Below the pieces are notes generated by a model that worked only from the letters and a program-made list of their open reading frames with translations, did not search any database and had not been told where the DNA came from. Below, piece by piece: positions 8,391 through 18,496 of a stretch of DNA of 64,000 nt (position 1 is its first letter; each line of letters begins with the position of its first letter). Location: contig CAYMAZ010000002.1 in assembly GCA_964388575.1 (NCBI GenBank), positions 4,657 to 68,656 of the forward strand, read 5' to 3'. Both the position numbers and the translations under genes were made by a program. This DNA comes from an uncultured Bacteroidales bacterium. GTDB taxonomy: Bacteria; Bacteroidota; Bacteroidia; Bacteroidales; DTU049.

Positions 8391-10518
8391 GTTCGGGAAG
8401 ATCCATTCCAAGGTCTTTAAGATGTTCAATTTTGGGAACACCATTTTTGTTCCATCCCCTGCGCTCGTAAACAGCGTCGAGAAGCTTTTCATATTCAGCT
8501 TCGCGATGTTTTCTGAGGATTGCGATTTTCTCGGGAGTTGACTTACCGGCAGGATCAACACCAAGAATGTCTTTCAGCTGCCCGTCGTAGCGTTCCTGAC
8601 GTGATTCATATTCCTCAACGGTAACAGGGCCTGCAGCACGATAGGGTTGTGCATCATGTTTTCTCAAACCGTAACCGCGACGAATGTTGAATATTCTCTG
8701 GAAGTTATAGACGCGTTCACTTTGACGGATAAGCTCTTCTTTGCTGAAAGGCTTTCCGGTCACAGCCTCGAATATTGTCACATAATTGTCCACGTGTTCG
8801 GGAATTTTATGAGGTTCATCTGTATCCGCATTCCCAGTCGGAACAACATCATTCCAGCACAATTTGCACATCCCAACAAGTCCGAACCACGTACGGAACA
8901 TCGGGAAATAATGAAGTGCTTCAGCCTTGTCATCAAATGACGGGATCTGATTATTTACCATGTCCATAAAGATAAGCCAGGCTTCATCATGCTGCGGGCC
9001 TTTGTTGGTCATGGCATAACCACCCTGCTGTGCCAGAGATTCTTTGGAAACATACTGTGAATACTCCAGACCTTTGTTTTCCATACCGATGTCATTGAGA
9101 AAAGCAGCGTCGCCCCAACCTTTATCAGCGAATAATTGTTTCATTTTTCGAACGCCCATACCAACAACGAGACCAAATCCTTCTCCACGAGCCAGCTGGT
9201 GCAACAACTCAAGTGCAGCATCTGAATTGCCAAAATTCAGTTCCAGACCACCTGTTCTTTCTTTATTCAGAATGCCGTTTTCATAACATTCCATCACAAA
9301 TGCAACACAAGTCCCCCATGTAATTGTACATACACCGTAGGTATCACAATAAAAATTATGCTCAATGATTGATTCAGGATCAAAAATTCCGAGGTTTGCG
9401 CCCAATCCGGCAGCTGTTTCATATTCTGGTCCGTCAACGATGACCTTCTGACCTTTGTAAGGTCCTGTTTTCAGTGCAAAATCATCAACACCTTTGGCGC
9501 ATGACATCATGCATCCGATCCAGCATCCATCGGGAACATTCTGTGTAAAATATTTATCCCTGAAAATATTACTGTGGATCTGATTTCCGTGAATATGACT
9601 TCCATATTTGAAATTATGTGTGGGTAACAGGTCATAGTCCTGCATCACATTGACGATGTTGGCTGTTCCTTTTCTACGCATCTGACACTGATGATCATCA
9701 AGTTCACGCATGTTTTTGGCATATTTCGTACCTCTTTCGATGATTGCATCAAGATTGTGAACATTATTCAGATTTCCGGAAACACCTTCGATTTTTGCAA
9801 CTATTGCCTTGATCTTTTTGTCACGCATAACTGTTCCGATTCCACCGCGACCAGCTTGTTTCAGACGAATTTTTTTACGTTTGATGTCATAGAATGTGAA
9901 ATTCACCATTCCGATGAGTGAGTGTTCAGCAGCAGCGCCGGTTGAAACAATGGCGATATTTTTTGCATCTTTTTCGTTTTCGGCAAAAAGCTCGGTCAGC
10001 TCTTCAGCAAGAATGTGTGTATCTTTTGAGAAACCTGGGTCTTCAAAAATTTCCATTTTTCCGTTTTTCCCATCTATGAAGATAATCACATCCTTTTCGG
10101 CTTTGCCCTGAAGTTCCAGTGCATCAAACCCTGAGAACTTGAGGAAGGGGCCAAAAAAGCCTCCGACATTGGAATCCATAATTGAATCAGTCTGGGGAGA
10201 AATTGTCACCAACAATGACTTCCCGGATCCTGAATACTGAGTAATTCCACCCACAGGACCACTGGAAATAATGATTTCATTTTCAGGATCTGTCCACTTT
10301 GTCGATGGAGTTGTGGCATCCCAGAGTAATCTGAGACCATAACCTTTTCCACCGATGAACTTTTCCTTCATTTCTGCAGGTACATCTTTTATTTTAAATT
10401 CGGGTGTCCCAACATTCACATACAGAATCTTGTCCGAATATCCCCGGTGAAGAGGCGTTTTTGTGTAAGCAAAGTCTTTCAGAACTTTCCTGTTTGTTTT
10501 CAATTCTTCAATATTCAT
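8362..10518 (-). CDS. aor: Aldehyde:ferredoxin oxidoreductase family (tungsto-/molybdopterin) enzyme
   Basis: 718 aa. The N-terminal AOR domain shows KILYVNVGT..FIGGKGYGLRLLW. The pterin/4Fe-4S region shows DGPEYETAAGLGANLG, CDTYGVC and GMCKLC. Metal and substrate cannot be determined from sequence. Confidence 0.88.
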   Translation of the reverse strand: MNIEELKTNRKVLKDFAYTKTPLHRGYSDKILYVNVGTPEFKIKDVPAEMKEKFIGGKGYGLRLLWDATTPSTKWTDPENEIIISSGPVGGITQYSGSGKSLLVTISPQTDSIMDSNVGGFFGPFLKFSGFDALELQGKAEKDVIIFIDGKNGKMEIFEDPGFSKDTHILAEELTELFAENEKDAKNIAIVSTGAAAEHSLIGMVNFTFYDIKRKKIRLKQAGRGGIGTVMRDKKIKAIVAKIEGVSGNLNNVHNLDAIIERGTKYAKNMRELDDHQCQMRRKGTANIVNVMQDYDLLPTHNFKYGSHIHGNQIHSNIFRDKYFTQNVPDGCWIGCMMSCAKGVDDFALKTGPYKGQKVIVDGPEYETAAGLGANLGIFDPESIIEHNFYCDTYGVCTITWGTCVAFVMECYENGILNKERTGGLELNFGNSDAALELLHQLARGEGFGLVVGMGVRKMKQLFADKGWGDAAFLNDIGMENKGLEYSQYVSKESLAQQGGYAMTNKGPQHDEAWLIFMDMVNNQIPSFDDKAEALHYFPMFRTWFGLVGMCKLCWNDVVPTGNADTDEPHKIPEHVDNYVTIFEAVTGKPFSKEELIRQSERVYNFQRIFNIRRGYGLRKHDAQPYRAAGPVTVEEYESRQERYDGQLKDILGVDPAGKSTPEKIAILRKHREAEYEKLLDAVYERRGWNKNGVPKIEHLKDLGMDLPELIEVITPLQ

Positions 10519-10883
10519 ATCTTTTGGTTTATTGTTTTCCTGTTCGCATTATCCGGCAAAAATATAAAATTTTTTATCAGTCCTACGGTTATTGAATTAT
10601 TTTTTTTTGAATGTTATGATTGATATTTGTCACGTAATAATTACAAACAACTCGCCGAAGAGGAGATATTGGATATGCTGCTCTGTCAGGCCCGCTGCAT
10701 CGGTGATGAAGCTGCTGCTGCCGGGGTTAGAGATATATTTTGAGGGATGCATTTGTATTGTAAATTGTAAAATCGAAATTGTAAATTTAAAATTTAATTT
10801 TTATACCGAAGGCATCCCTTTGGGACAATAATTTTCCATTCATTTCTATTTAACCCATGTCATGCAATTTATCAAGTTCTTTC

Positions 10884-10891
10884 TATCTTTG
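10884..10891 (+). promoter_or_regulatory. Candidate -7 box (TATCTTTG) for queA
   Basis: Matches TAnnTTTG 18 nt upstream of the ATG at 10910. Confidence 0.4.
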
Positions 10892-10909
10892 CCGAAATTA
10901 TGATTGCCG

Positions 10910-12094
10910 ATGTCGTCTCAGTATTATTATCATCTGCCTGAAGAACGGATTGCAATATATCCCGCCGGAGAGAGAAGTGCGTCAAAACTATTAATTTTTG
11001 ACGGAAACACCATCAGCTCAGATGTATTTTCAAATATTTCAATGATTCTTCCCAAAAACTCACTGCTTCTCAGAAACAGTTCCAAAGTTATAAAAGCCCG
11101 TTTGTTTCTCAAACGTCAAACAGGAGCTGTTATGGAAGTATTCTGCCTGAATTTTGCACACACCATTCCGGGAAGAGCAAGTGCAGAGTGCCTCATTAAA
11201 AATGTGAAGAAACTCAAACCAGGTGAAGTTCTTACTTCCGAAAAAAATCACAATCAGCAACATTACAGTCTTCATGCTGAATTTTCCGGAAGGAAGGATG
11301 AAAACAGCCTGGTTGAATTTTCCTGGTCACCGGACAATACTGATTTTTACAGCATCATGGATATTTTCGGAATAGCGCCGCTCCCACCCTATATCAAAAG
11401 AACAGCAGAAGAAACTGACAACATCAGATATCAGACTGTGTATGCAGATGAAAACGGTTCTGTTGCAGCCCCAACTGCCGGACTGCATTTTACACCCGAA
11501 GTTGAAAATCAGCTGAGAAACCGAAACATTGAAACAGAACAACTGATCCTGCATGTGGGTCTCGGAACTTTCCAACCAATGAAATCTGACAATCTGAATG
11601 AACATACCATGCACAGGGAATATTTCTCAGTTCACAGAAAAACCATAGAAAAACTTGCCGGCATTACAGAAAGAAATGTTGTCTGCGTTGGCACAACCAC
11701 CCTGCGTACTCTTGAAAGCTTATACATCGCCGCTCATTTCCCTGAAAAAATTGCATCTCTCAACAACATCACCATCGGTCAGTGGGATGTTTTAAACATC
11801 AAACAACATTATTCTGCCAGGCGTGCATGGGAGATACTTCTTTCAACTATGGACAGCAAGAATATTCAAACAATATCCGGAAACACGTCTTTAATGATCA
11901 CTCCTGAACATTGGTGCCGGACCATTGATTATCTGATCACAAATTTCCATCAGCCCAACAGCACTTTATTGCTGATTGTCGCTTCACTCATCGGCGATGC
12001 CTGGCATGATGTCTACCGTTATGCACTCGATCATCAGTTTCGATTTCTGAGCTATGGAGATGCGTGTTTGTTTACAAATATCAATAAAAAATAA
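10910..12094 (+). CDS. queA: S-adenosylmethionine:tRNA ribosyltransferase-isomerase
   Basis: The track ORF starts at TTG 10904; I prefer the ATG at 10910. Motifs seen: YHLPEERIAIYPA, PLPPYIKR, YQTVYA, GSVAAPTAGLHFT, HVGLGTFQP, GTTTLRTLES, NFHQPNSTLL. Confidence 0.9.
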   Translation: MSSQYYYHLPEERIAIYPAGERSASKLLIFDGNTISSDVFSNISMILPKNSLLLRNSSKVIKARLFLKRQTGAVMEVFCLNFAHTIPGRASAECLIKNVKKLKPGEVLTSEKNHNQQHYSLHAEFSGRKDENSLVEFSWSPDNTDFYSIMDIFGIAPLPPYIKRTAEETDNIRYQTVYADENGSVAAPTAGLHFTPEVENQLRNRNIETEQLILHVGLGTFQPMKSDNLNEHTMHREYFSVHRKTIEKLAGITERNVVCVGTTTLRTLESLYIAAHFPEKIASLNNITIGQWDVLNIKQHYSARRAWEILLSTMDSKNIQTISGNTSLMITPEHWCRTIDYLITNFHQPNSTLLLIVASLIGDAWHDVYRYALDHQFRFLSYGDACLFTNINKK

Positions 12095-12192
12095 TTCATT
12101 TTTTACAAACTGACCATCAGGCACTTAACAAATAAATCATTAATTATTTTGATTTTTTGTTATTTTTTATTTGGATATATAATTATTATTTG

Positions 12193-12200
12193 TAATTTTG
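12193..12200 (+). promoter_or_regulatory. Candidate -7 box (TAATTTTG)
   Basis: TGTAATTTTG lies 52 nt upstream of the ATG at 12252. Confidence 0.4.
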
Positions 12201-12251
12201 TCTACATATTTGTATGATTTGTATGATATTTTCTTTACAATGCTAAACAAC

Positions 12252-13763
12252 ATGAAAGCTATTACCCTTCAACTTCTACTTATCGTTGTCGTTCCATTAT
12301 ATCTTTTGTCGCAAAGTACTTTTTATAAGTCATATGAGATCAGCAACTTTGAACAGGTCATCAGAACACATGACAGTGGTTTTGCCTGTGTAACCGGTTC
12401 AGGTCTTCTCATACTTGACAGTGAAACAGAGCTTCAGCACTATCATACTTATGGATCAACAGATGCTGATTTTAAATTGATTACACAAACTTCAGACAAC
12501 GGATTTATTATTTCCACCAGAAATAATTTCCAGGATCCCGGAGAACTTGCATTCATTGTAAAATTTGACGAACAAGGAAATATGATATGGTCAAAGCGAT
12601 ATGTATATCCGGTTCATACCACCATTCAGACACTTGATATTACATCAGCAGCAAACAACGGATTTTACATTCTTGCATCAGGTTGTGTGGGGAGTCCAAT
12701 CATCCTAAGATGTAATGAAGATGGTGACATTCTATGGCAAAAAAGCTCCAATTTTCCTTATGCAGGCAAAATCATAATGTTTTCAGAGGAATCTCTGATC
12801 ATCGCCGGAATCAATGCTGAAAGCGAATTCAACCACAAAGTCTGGGCAAGCATGATCGATACCTCAGGGAATATCATCTGGACAAAAACCTATGACAATA
12901 ACCGTGTAAACTTTTTGCAGGGGATTTCAAAAAGCCAGCATAATGAAATTTCAATCCTAATTACTTCACAGGAAAACTCTTCTTATATTACAAACGCAAC
13001 CAGCACTGTCTTACGATTAAGCTCAACCGGTGTCATCCTGGGGGCAAACACAATCTCCACCGGAGAAAATGTTGGCTATCACCAGATGCACGGATTCGCA
13101 AAAACAACTGAGCAGGGAAGCATATTCACAGGAACAATTAACATGATGGCTCCGGGAGTACAAATCCTATTTGCAAAAACTGACAACTACAACAACATTG
13201 AGTGGGCACGTTATTTTGGAAATATGACTTTAAATAATTTCGGTACGAACGAAGGAATCCAGGTTTTCGAATCCAACAACAGCTTTTATATTTTCAGCAA
13301 AAATGAAGACGGTCTTGCAATAGGCAAGATTAATGAAAACGGCATCGGGTTTTGCGATGACAAATCTGTACGCTTAAACTCCGCCCGGTCAGAATTCAAC
13401 ACAACAGCCATCACGCTTGATTTCTTTAACACTGCTTTTTCTGCTGAACAGATTCAAATTAATTTTTCTGAGGCATTTCCCTCAATGACTGTACATTGCA
13501 CCGATGTTACTGAAGTCTATAACCATTCTGAAGCTGAAAATGTTATGTGTTATCCAAACCCAACCTCCGGAGAGATCTTCATTGAGGCTCATGACATTCA
13601 GCAACTGAGTATATATGATATGAATGGCTCTCTGAAAAAACATGTAACCGCACAAAACAGTTCATTTCTTATGGTTGATATCGAGGATCTGCCCAAAGGA
13701 ACCTATATGTTCCGTATTGTTGCAAATGATGAAATTTCAGTCAGAAAAATAATTCATTTATAA
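12252..13763 (+). CDS. Secreted repeat protein (beta-propeller-like) with a T9SS sorting domain, function unknown
   Basis: The track ORF starts at 12198. The ATG at 12252 gives a signal peptide, MKAITLQLLLIVVVPLYLLSQ. Motifs of the type GN(M/I)IW-x-K-x-Y recur. The C-terminal T9SS domain reads CYPNPTSGEIFIEAHD... Confidence 0.6.
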   Translation: MKAITLQLLLIVVVPLYLLSQSTFYKSYEISNFEQVIRTHDSGFACVTGSGLLILDSETELQHYHTYGSTDADFKLITQTSDNGFIISTRNNFQDPGELAFIVKFDEQGNMIWSKRYVYPVHTTIQTLDITSAANNGFYILASGCVGSPIILRCNEDGDILWQKSSNFPYAGKIIMFSEESLIIAGINAESEFNHKVWASMIDTSGNIIWTKTYDNNRVNFLQGISKSQHNEISILITSQENSSYITNATSTVLRLSSTGVILGANTISTGENVGYHQMHGFAKTTEQGSIFTGTINMMAPGVQILFAKTDNYNNIEWARYFGNMTLNNFGTNEGIQVFESNNSFYIFSKNEDGLAIGKINENGIGFCDDKSVRLNSARSEFNTTAITLDFFNTAFSAEQIQINFSEAFPSMTVHCTDVTEVYNHSEAENVMCYPNPTSGEIFIEAHDIQQLSIYDMNGSLKKHVTAQNSSFLMVDIEDLPKGTYMFRIVANDEISVRKIIHL

Positions 13764-13826
13764 TACTGAATAACAATTGTTTTAAATTCCATTAACTTTC
13801 AATTTTTTGCAAAAAATTTGAATACC

Positions 13827-14597
13827 TTATTCAATCCAATTAATAATCTCATTTGTGAATACTTCGGGATTTTCAGCATGCAACCAGTGAGAGGCTTCAG
13901 GAATAATTTTCAATGTTGTTTCGGGGAAAAGTGAAAACATCTGAATGTGGTGTTCCTTCTGAATATAGTCTGAATTTTCACCTTTCAGCCAAAGAACCGG
14001 ATTAGAGAATAATCTGCCACCGGGTTGAAACCGGAAAACTTCTTCAAGATTCAGTTTCAGAGCATCAATATTCATTTTCCAGCCCATTTTGTCACGACTG
14101 ATATTCTGTACATTTTTGAGCATAAAACTGACAAGTCTCTGATCAGGAACCTGTTTCAGCAGTTCTGCCTCAACTTCTTTTTTGGTTTTAAACTTTCCAA
14201 AATCAAGGTCTGACATCACCTCAAGCAGAAAAGCATGGCGATAGGTTTTGTAGGTTACCGGACTGATGTCGGCGACAATAAGTTTTTCAACATTAGAGGG
14301 ATAATCCAGCGCAAAGAGCATTGCCACTTTCCCTCCCATTGAATGCCCGAGCAGAAATGCTGTATCAACAGACAGCTCTTCATACAGCCCGGCAAGATCA
14401 TCAACCATTGCGTGATAATTAAACACAGGATGATGGCCGGATTTTCCGTGATTTCTCTGATCGGGAATGATCACACGCAATTTCAGCTTATCAGCAAACA
14501 CTTTTGCCAATGTCACCCAATTATCAGACATTCCGAATAATCCGTGAAGAATGATCATCGGTTTGCCGGATCCGAATTCTCTGAAAAACAGTTTCAT
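13827..14597 (-). CDS. Alpha/beta-fold hydrolase (esterase, YbfF-like)
   Basis: 256 aa with HGLFG, the nucleophile elbow GHSMGG and a C-terminal SHW. Its ATG shares one nucleotide with the pdxJ stop (TAATG). Confidence 0.85.
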   Translation of the reverse strand: MKLFFREFGSGKPMIILHGLFGMSDNWVTLAKVFADKLKLRVIIPDQRNHGKSGHHPVFNYHAMVDDLAGLYEELSVDTAFLLGHSMGGKVAMLFALDYPSNVEKLIVADISPVTYKTYRHAFLLEVMSDLDFGKFKTKKEVEAELLKQVPDQRLVSFMLKNVQNISRDKMGWKMNIDALKLNLEEVFRFQPGGRLFSNPVLWLKGENSDYIQKEHHIQMFSLFPETTLKIIPEASHWLHAENPEVFTNEIINWIE

Positions 14598-15310
14598 TAT
14601 TTCAGCTGTCTGAGATACATCTGTATCGTATTTTCCAGTCCGAAATACAACGCATCGGAAATGAGTGCATGCCCAATTGAGACTTCAAGTAGTCCCGGAA
14701 CTTTCTGTGCAAACCACCTGAGATTTTCAAGACTCAGGTCATGACCGGCATTGATGCCCAAACCTTCCTCAATGGCAACCTGAGCTGCCCTGACAAATGG
14801 CAAAACAGCCTGCTCCCTGTCAACAGGATAATTTATTGCATAGGGTTCCGTATATAATTCGATTCTGTCGACACCTGTTTCTTTCGCATGTCTGATCATC
14901 TCTGTATCGGTCTCAATAAATATTGAAGTTCTGATACCTGCATCCTTAAATTTTGTGATCACTTGCTTCAAGAACTTACTGTTTTCGACAGTATTCCATC
15001 CCGCATTTGATGTAATGGCATCAGGAGGATCAGGGACAAGTGTGACCTGATGCGGCATCACTTCAAGGACGAGATTCATGAAGGAATCCGAGGGATATCC
15101 CTCAATATTAAATTCTGTTGTCACCAGCTTTTTTAGATTTCTCACATCGCTGTAACGGATATGCCGTTCATCAGGACGGGGATGAACCGTAATTCCCTGC
15201 GCTCCGAATCTTTCACAGTCAACAGCTGTCTTCAGGACATCAGGAACATTACCACCTCTTGCATTGCGAAGGGTTGCAATTTTATTGATATTGACACTGA
15301 GTTTTGTCAT
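14597..15310 (-). CDS. pdxJ: Pyridoxine 5-phosphate synthase
   Basis: The track ORF extends to 15415. The ATG at 15310 gives the canonical N-terminus [20 protein letters not shown]. Other motifs: [34 protein letters not shown]. Confidence 0.93.
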   Translation of the reverse strand: MTKLSVNINKIATLRNARGGNVPDVLKTAVDCERFGAQGITVHPRPDERHIRYSDVRNLKKLVTTEFNIEGYPSDSFMNLVLEVMPHQVTLVPDPPDAITSNAGWNTVENSKFLKQVITKFKDAGIRTSIFIETDTEMIRHAKETGVDRIELYTEPYAINYPVDREQAVLPFVRAAQVAIEEGLGINAGHDLSLENLRWFAQKVPGLLEVSIGHALISDALYFGLENTIQMYLRQLK

Positions 15311-15426
15311 ACAATTTTTTTTCAAATTTACAAAAAAAGTGTGATTTTGACTTTGTGCCAGATCAACCATAAAAAAACAAAGCAAATTAAAAAAAATATT
15401 GTACGTTTGGTACAAATTTCAGAATT

Positions 15427-16086
15427 ATGATTCCATCACATCTCATTCAAAACATTGTCACACCGGTGATGACATCTTTCAGCGGGAACCAGGTTCTGGC
15501 CGCTCTTGATGAAACGAGGTTCAATCATTTACCTATTGTGAACAATCAGGATTTTCTCGGCGTGATTTGTGAAACCGATTTGTTCAACAATAACCTGGAC
15601 GATTCAATCGGAACGTATAAACTGACATTGTCAAATGCTTTTATCAGAACAGAAAATCATTTGTATGATGCCATCAGACTGATATGTGAACTCAAGCTAT
15701 CACTTGTCCCTGTTGTTGACGGCAACAATGTATATCAAGGGTATATTGATCTGCAAAGTATTGTTGAACACTTCGGCAACGATTTGTCTATCAACAATCC
15801 GGGATCAATCATTGAGCTGGAACTCAACACACACGACTATTCACTTTCAGAACTTACAGGGATTATTGAGTCCAGCGACTTAAAAATCTTACATCTCGGT
15901 GTGACAACTTTTCCGAATTCAACCAAACTCAAGGTTACCATAAAACTTGACAAAATTGATATTTCAGCTCTGATCCAAACACTCAACAGATACGAATATG
16001 TTATTTCGGGGTCATACGGACATGATGAAATGAGGGATTATCTCAAAGACAGATATGATTCTCTTATGAATTACTTAAATTTGTAA
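15427..16086 (+). CDS. CBS-domain pair protein
   Basis: 219 aa with two CBS-like repeats (HLPIVNNQDFLGVI; LSLVPVVDGNNVYQGYI). From recollection, it is a conserved neighbour of pdxJ and nadK in Bacteroidota. Confidence 0.75.
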   Translation: MIPSHLIQNIVTPVMTSFSGNQVLAALDETRFNHLPIVNNQDFLGVICETDLFNNNLDDSIGTYKLTLSNAFIRTENHLYDAIRLICELKLSLVPVVDGNNVYQGYIDLQSIVEHFGNDLSINNPGSIIELELNTHDYSLSELTGIIESSDLKILHLGVTTFPNSTKLKVTIKLDKIDISALIQTLNRYEYVISGSYGHDEMRDYLKDRYDSLMNYLNL

Positions 16087-16087
16087 C

Positions 16088-17524
16088 ATGCATATCTCCC
16101 GGAGAAATTTTCGGAACTGCATTCATTCAATCCTCTTCATGATCCTGACCATTTCAGTATCGGGGCAACATCATGCAGAAAACTATGTTGTGAGTCATAT
16201 CAATATTTCTGGAAATAAGTTCACAAAAGAAAAAACAATACTGAGAGAAATTGAAATTCAGGAAGGTGACACCATTCAGTTTGCTGAACTTGAGGCTATC
16301 ATTCAGCAAACGCACAATAACCTCATGAATATGTCACTGTTTAATTTTGCTGAAGTTAGCACTGTGACTGACACAATACCAAACAAGAGTTCAGTACCGA
16401 AGTTCATTATCATCGAAATCCATGTAACTGAAAGGCTGTATATCTGGCCGTTTCCAGTCTTTTATCTTGAGGAACGCAATTTCAATGAATGGCTTGAACA
16501 CAGGGATCTGTCAAGGTTTAGCTGGGGAGCAGTTGTTGTACATGAAAATTTCAGAGGACGAAGGGAAAACCTAAGTCTGGGTGTTAAAACCGGCTTCAAT
16601 GATCTTGTTGTTTTAAAATATTCAGATCCGGCGATTGACAAAGCACAAAGTCTTGGGCTTGGAATTTCAGTCAACTATGCCCGTGATCACAATGTATTCT
16701 ACAAAACAGAAGACAACAATATGCAGCTGTTAAAACTTGAGACCAATCATGCTGTTACCAATGCATTTTTTCATGTCAGTCTGACCAAACGATTCGGCAT
16801 ACATCAGTCATTAAGGATTTATACACAATCCAATCATTACAAGTTTTCGGACACTCTTTTTGCACTCAATCCTAATTTTACTGACCCTTCATTAATCAGT
16901 CTGAATTTTCTTACAATTTCTTTGCTTTACAAATACGATTTCCGGGATTATATTCATTATCCGCTTGAAGGGTTTTTCTTTGACTGTGAAATCAACAAAC
17001 ACGGGTTCGGCATATACAACAATAAGGGATTCTCTGTTACTTCACTGAAAAGTTCATATCGCAGGTATTGGAAACTTAATAAAAGATTATTTTTTGCAGC
17101 CGGAATCACAAGCAGACTGAGGCTTGACGGAAACAAATCCTATTTTTTTAACCGTGGACTTGGTTTTGGTAATGATTATGTCAGAGGATTTGAAAGCTAT
17201 GTCATTGATGGCCGAAATTATTATCTATTGAAAAGCAATTTAAAATACAATATCATTCAACCACGGATCTTTACAGTTCCCTTTGTTAAAACAGAAAAAT
17301 TCAATACCATACCATACAGATTTTATCTGAATTTTTTTGCTGATGTAGGATATATTTCTGACTCCAATCCTGCGAACATTAACTCACTAGGGAATAAACT
17401 GCTTTTTGGATACGGAGCAGGTATCGATTTTGTGACTTATTACGACAGAGCATACAGAATAGAAATTTCACGGAATTCAGAAAATGAGTTTAGTTTTGCA
17501 GTACAGTTCACGGCTCCCATTTGA
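16088..17524 (+). CDS. Omp85/BamA-family outer-membrane protein with a single POTRA-like domain
   Basis: 478 aa with a signal peptide. It has a POTRA-like segment (INISGNKFTKEKTILREIEIQEGD). The C-terminal half is rich in beta-strands. Confidence 0.7.
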   Translation: MHISRRNFRNCIHSILFMILTISVSGQHHAENYVVSHINISGNKFTKEKTILREIEIQEGDTIQFAELEAIIQQTHNNLMNMSLFNFAEVSTVTDTIPNKSSVPKFIIIEIHVTERLYIWPFPVFYLEERNFNEWLEHRDLSRFSWGAVVVHENFRGRRENLSLGVKTGFNDLVVLKYSDPAIDKAQSLGLGISVNYARDHNVFYKTEDNNMQLLKLETNHAVTNAFFHVSLTKRFGIHQSLRIYTQSNHYKFSDTLFALNPNFTDPSLISLNFLTISLLYKYDFRDYIHYPLEGFFFDCEINKHGFGIYNNKGFSVTSLKSSYRRYWKLNKRLFFAAGITSRLRLDGNKSYFFNRGLGFGNDYVRGFESYVIDGRNYYLLKSNLKYNIIQPRIFTVPFVKTEKFNTIPYRFYLNFFADVGYISDSNPANINSLGNKLLFGYGAGIDFVTYYDRAYRIEISRNSENEFSFAVQFTAPI

Positions 17525-17548
17525 AATGAGCAAAAAGTCCCGAAAATT

Positions 17549-18433
17549 ATGAAAACAATAGGAATTTATGCACGAAAGTTCGGACACCAGCACAAAAAAT
17601 CCGTTCAAAGAATTCTCTCCAGCATTGAAAATGCAGGAGGAAAGGTCTTGATTTTTAAAAGCCTGTATCATTTACTGGAAAAAGATTTTGATATTCCACA
17701 TTACAGCGGTACTTTTGACAGTCATGAACAACTCTGCAGCAATGCTGATTTTTTAATCAGTCTGGGTGGAGATGGAACGTTGTTGGATGCTGTCACATAT
17801 GTAAAAAATAGCCGGATTCCCATTCTCGGGATCAACATCGGACGCATGGGATTTCTTTCCAATATTGATGTTCAGGACATCAATGTTGCTGTTAAAGCTT
17901 TATTTGACGGGGAATACTGTGTCACTGACCGGACACTTCTCAGACTGAAATCAATATCAGACAGTCAGCCCCCTGAGACTCCTTTTGCAATTAACGACAT
18001 CACCATTTCCAAAAAGGAAACCAATTCTATGATTGTAATTCATACCTTTGTCAATGATGTTCCTTTGAATTCTTACTGGGCTGATGGACTGATTACCGCA
18101 ACTCCCACAGGGTCCACTGCATATTCCCTGTCCTGTGCAGGCCCGATTTTGACACCGGATTCTGCAAATTTTATTCTGACTCCCATTGCCCCGCACAATC
18201 TTTCAGTCCGCCCACTCGTAATTCCTGACAATTCTCAAATAAAATTCGTGGTTGAAGGACGAAGCAAATCGTTTCATCTGACCCTTGATTCAAGAACTAT
18301 CTCTGTCAAAACCGGAAGTGAAATCATTATTGAAAAAGAATCTTTCAGTGTTCAGCTTGTGGGACTGCCCGGAGATAATTTCTTTCAGATTATACGGGAT
18401 AAATTGCATTGGGGCTCCGATAAAAGAAATTAA
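17549..18433 (+). CDS. nadK: NAD+ kinase
   Basis: 294 aa with GGDGTLL and TPTGSTAYSLSCAGPIL. Confidence 0.92.
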   Translation: MKTIGIYARKFGHQHKKSVQRILSSIENAGGKVLIFKSLYHLLEKDFDIPHYSGTFDSHEQLCSNADFLISLGGDGTLLDAVTYVKNSRIPILGINIGRMGFLSNIDVQDINVAVKALFDGEYCVTDRTLLRLKSISDSQPPETPFAINDITISKKETNSMIVIHTFVNDVPLNSYWADGLITATPTGSTAYSLSCAGPILTPDSANFILTPIAPHNLSVRPLVIPDNSQIKFVVEGRSKSFHLTLDSRTISVKTGSEIIIEKESFSVQLVGLPGDNFFQIIRDKLHWGSDKRN

Positions 18434-18496
18434 AGATGTTGTATTTTTACTGAAATTCAAAAATATGATGTAAATTTGTCATGTAAACCAATGTAT

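Noticed and set aside
10743-10819. 8-bp inverted repeat AGGGATGC / GCATCCCT enclosing 61 bp with repeated ATTGTAAA units
   Set aside because: The arms are short enough to occur by chance. The internal repeats look like overlapping AT-rich promoter-type strings (TGTAAAT/TGTAATTTTG family) rather than a CRISPR array, a MITE or an invertible switch. No recombinase gene is nearby.
10592-10831. 79-aa plus-strand ORF in the aor/queA spacer
   Set aside because: It starts at a non-ATG codon in AT-rich DNA and has an odd composition (Cys/Ile/Asn-rich). It runs through the probable queA promoter region. Only the GC-rich core is noteworthy, and that is reported separately.
10519-10903. Possible Moco/Tuco riboswitch (leader of aor) or preQ1 riboswitch (upstream of queA)
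   Set aside because: I could not match the conserved cores of these riboswitch classes, as I recall them, on either strand. Without a covariance-model scan the call would be unsupported.
14597-15415. N-terminal extensions in the ORF track. Examples: pdxJ to 15415, acyltransferase to 30973, TonB receptor to 45248, SBBP protein from 38559, the 12198 start, MBL hydrolase to 34353, and TTG starts at 10904, 18476 and 33571.
   Set aside because: In each case an internal ATG gives a canonical family N-terminus or a clean signal peptide, and it removes the overlap with the neighbouring gene. The longer versions add atypical residues.
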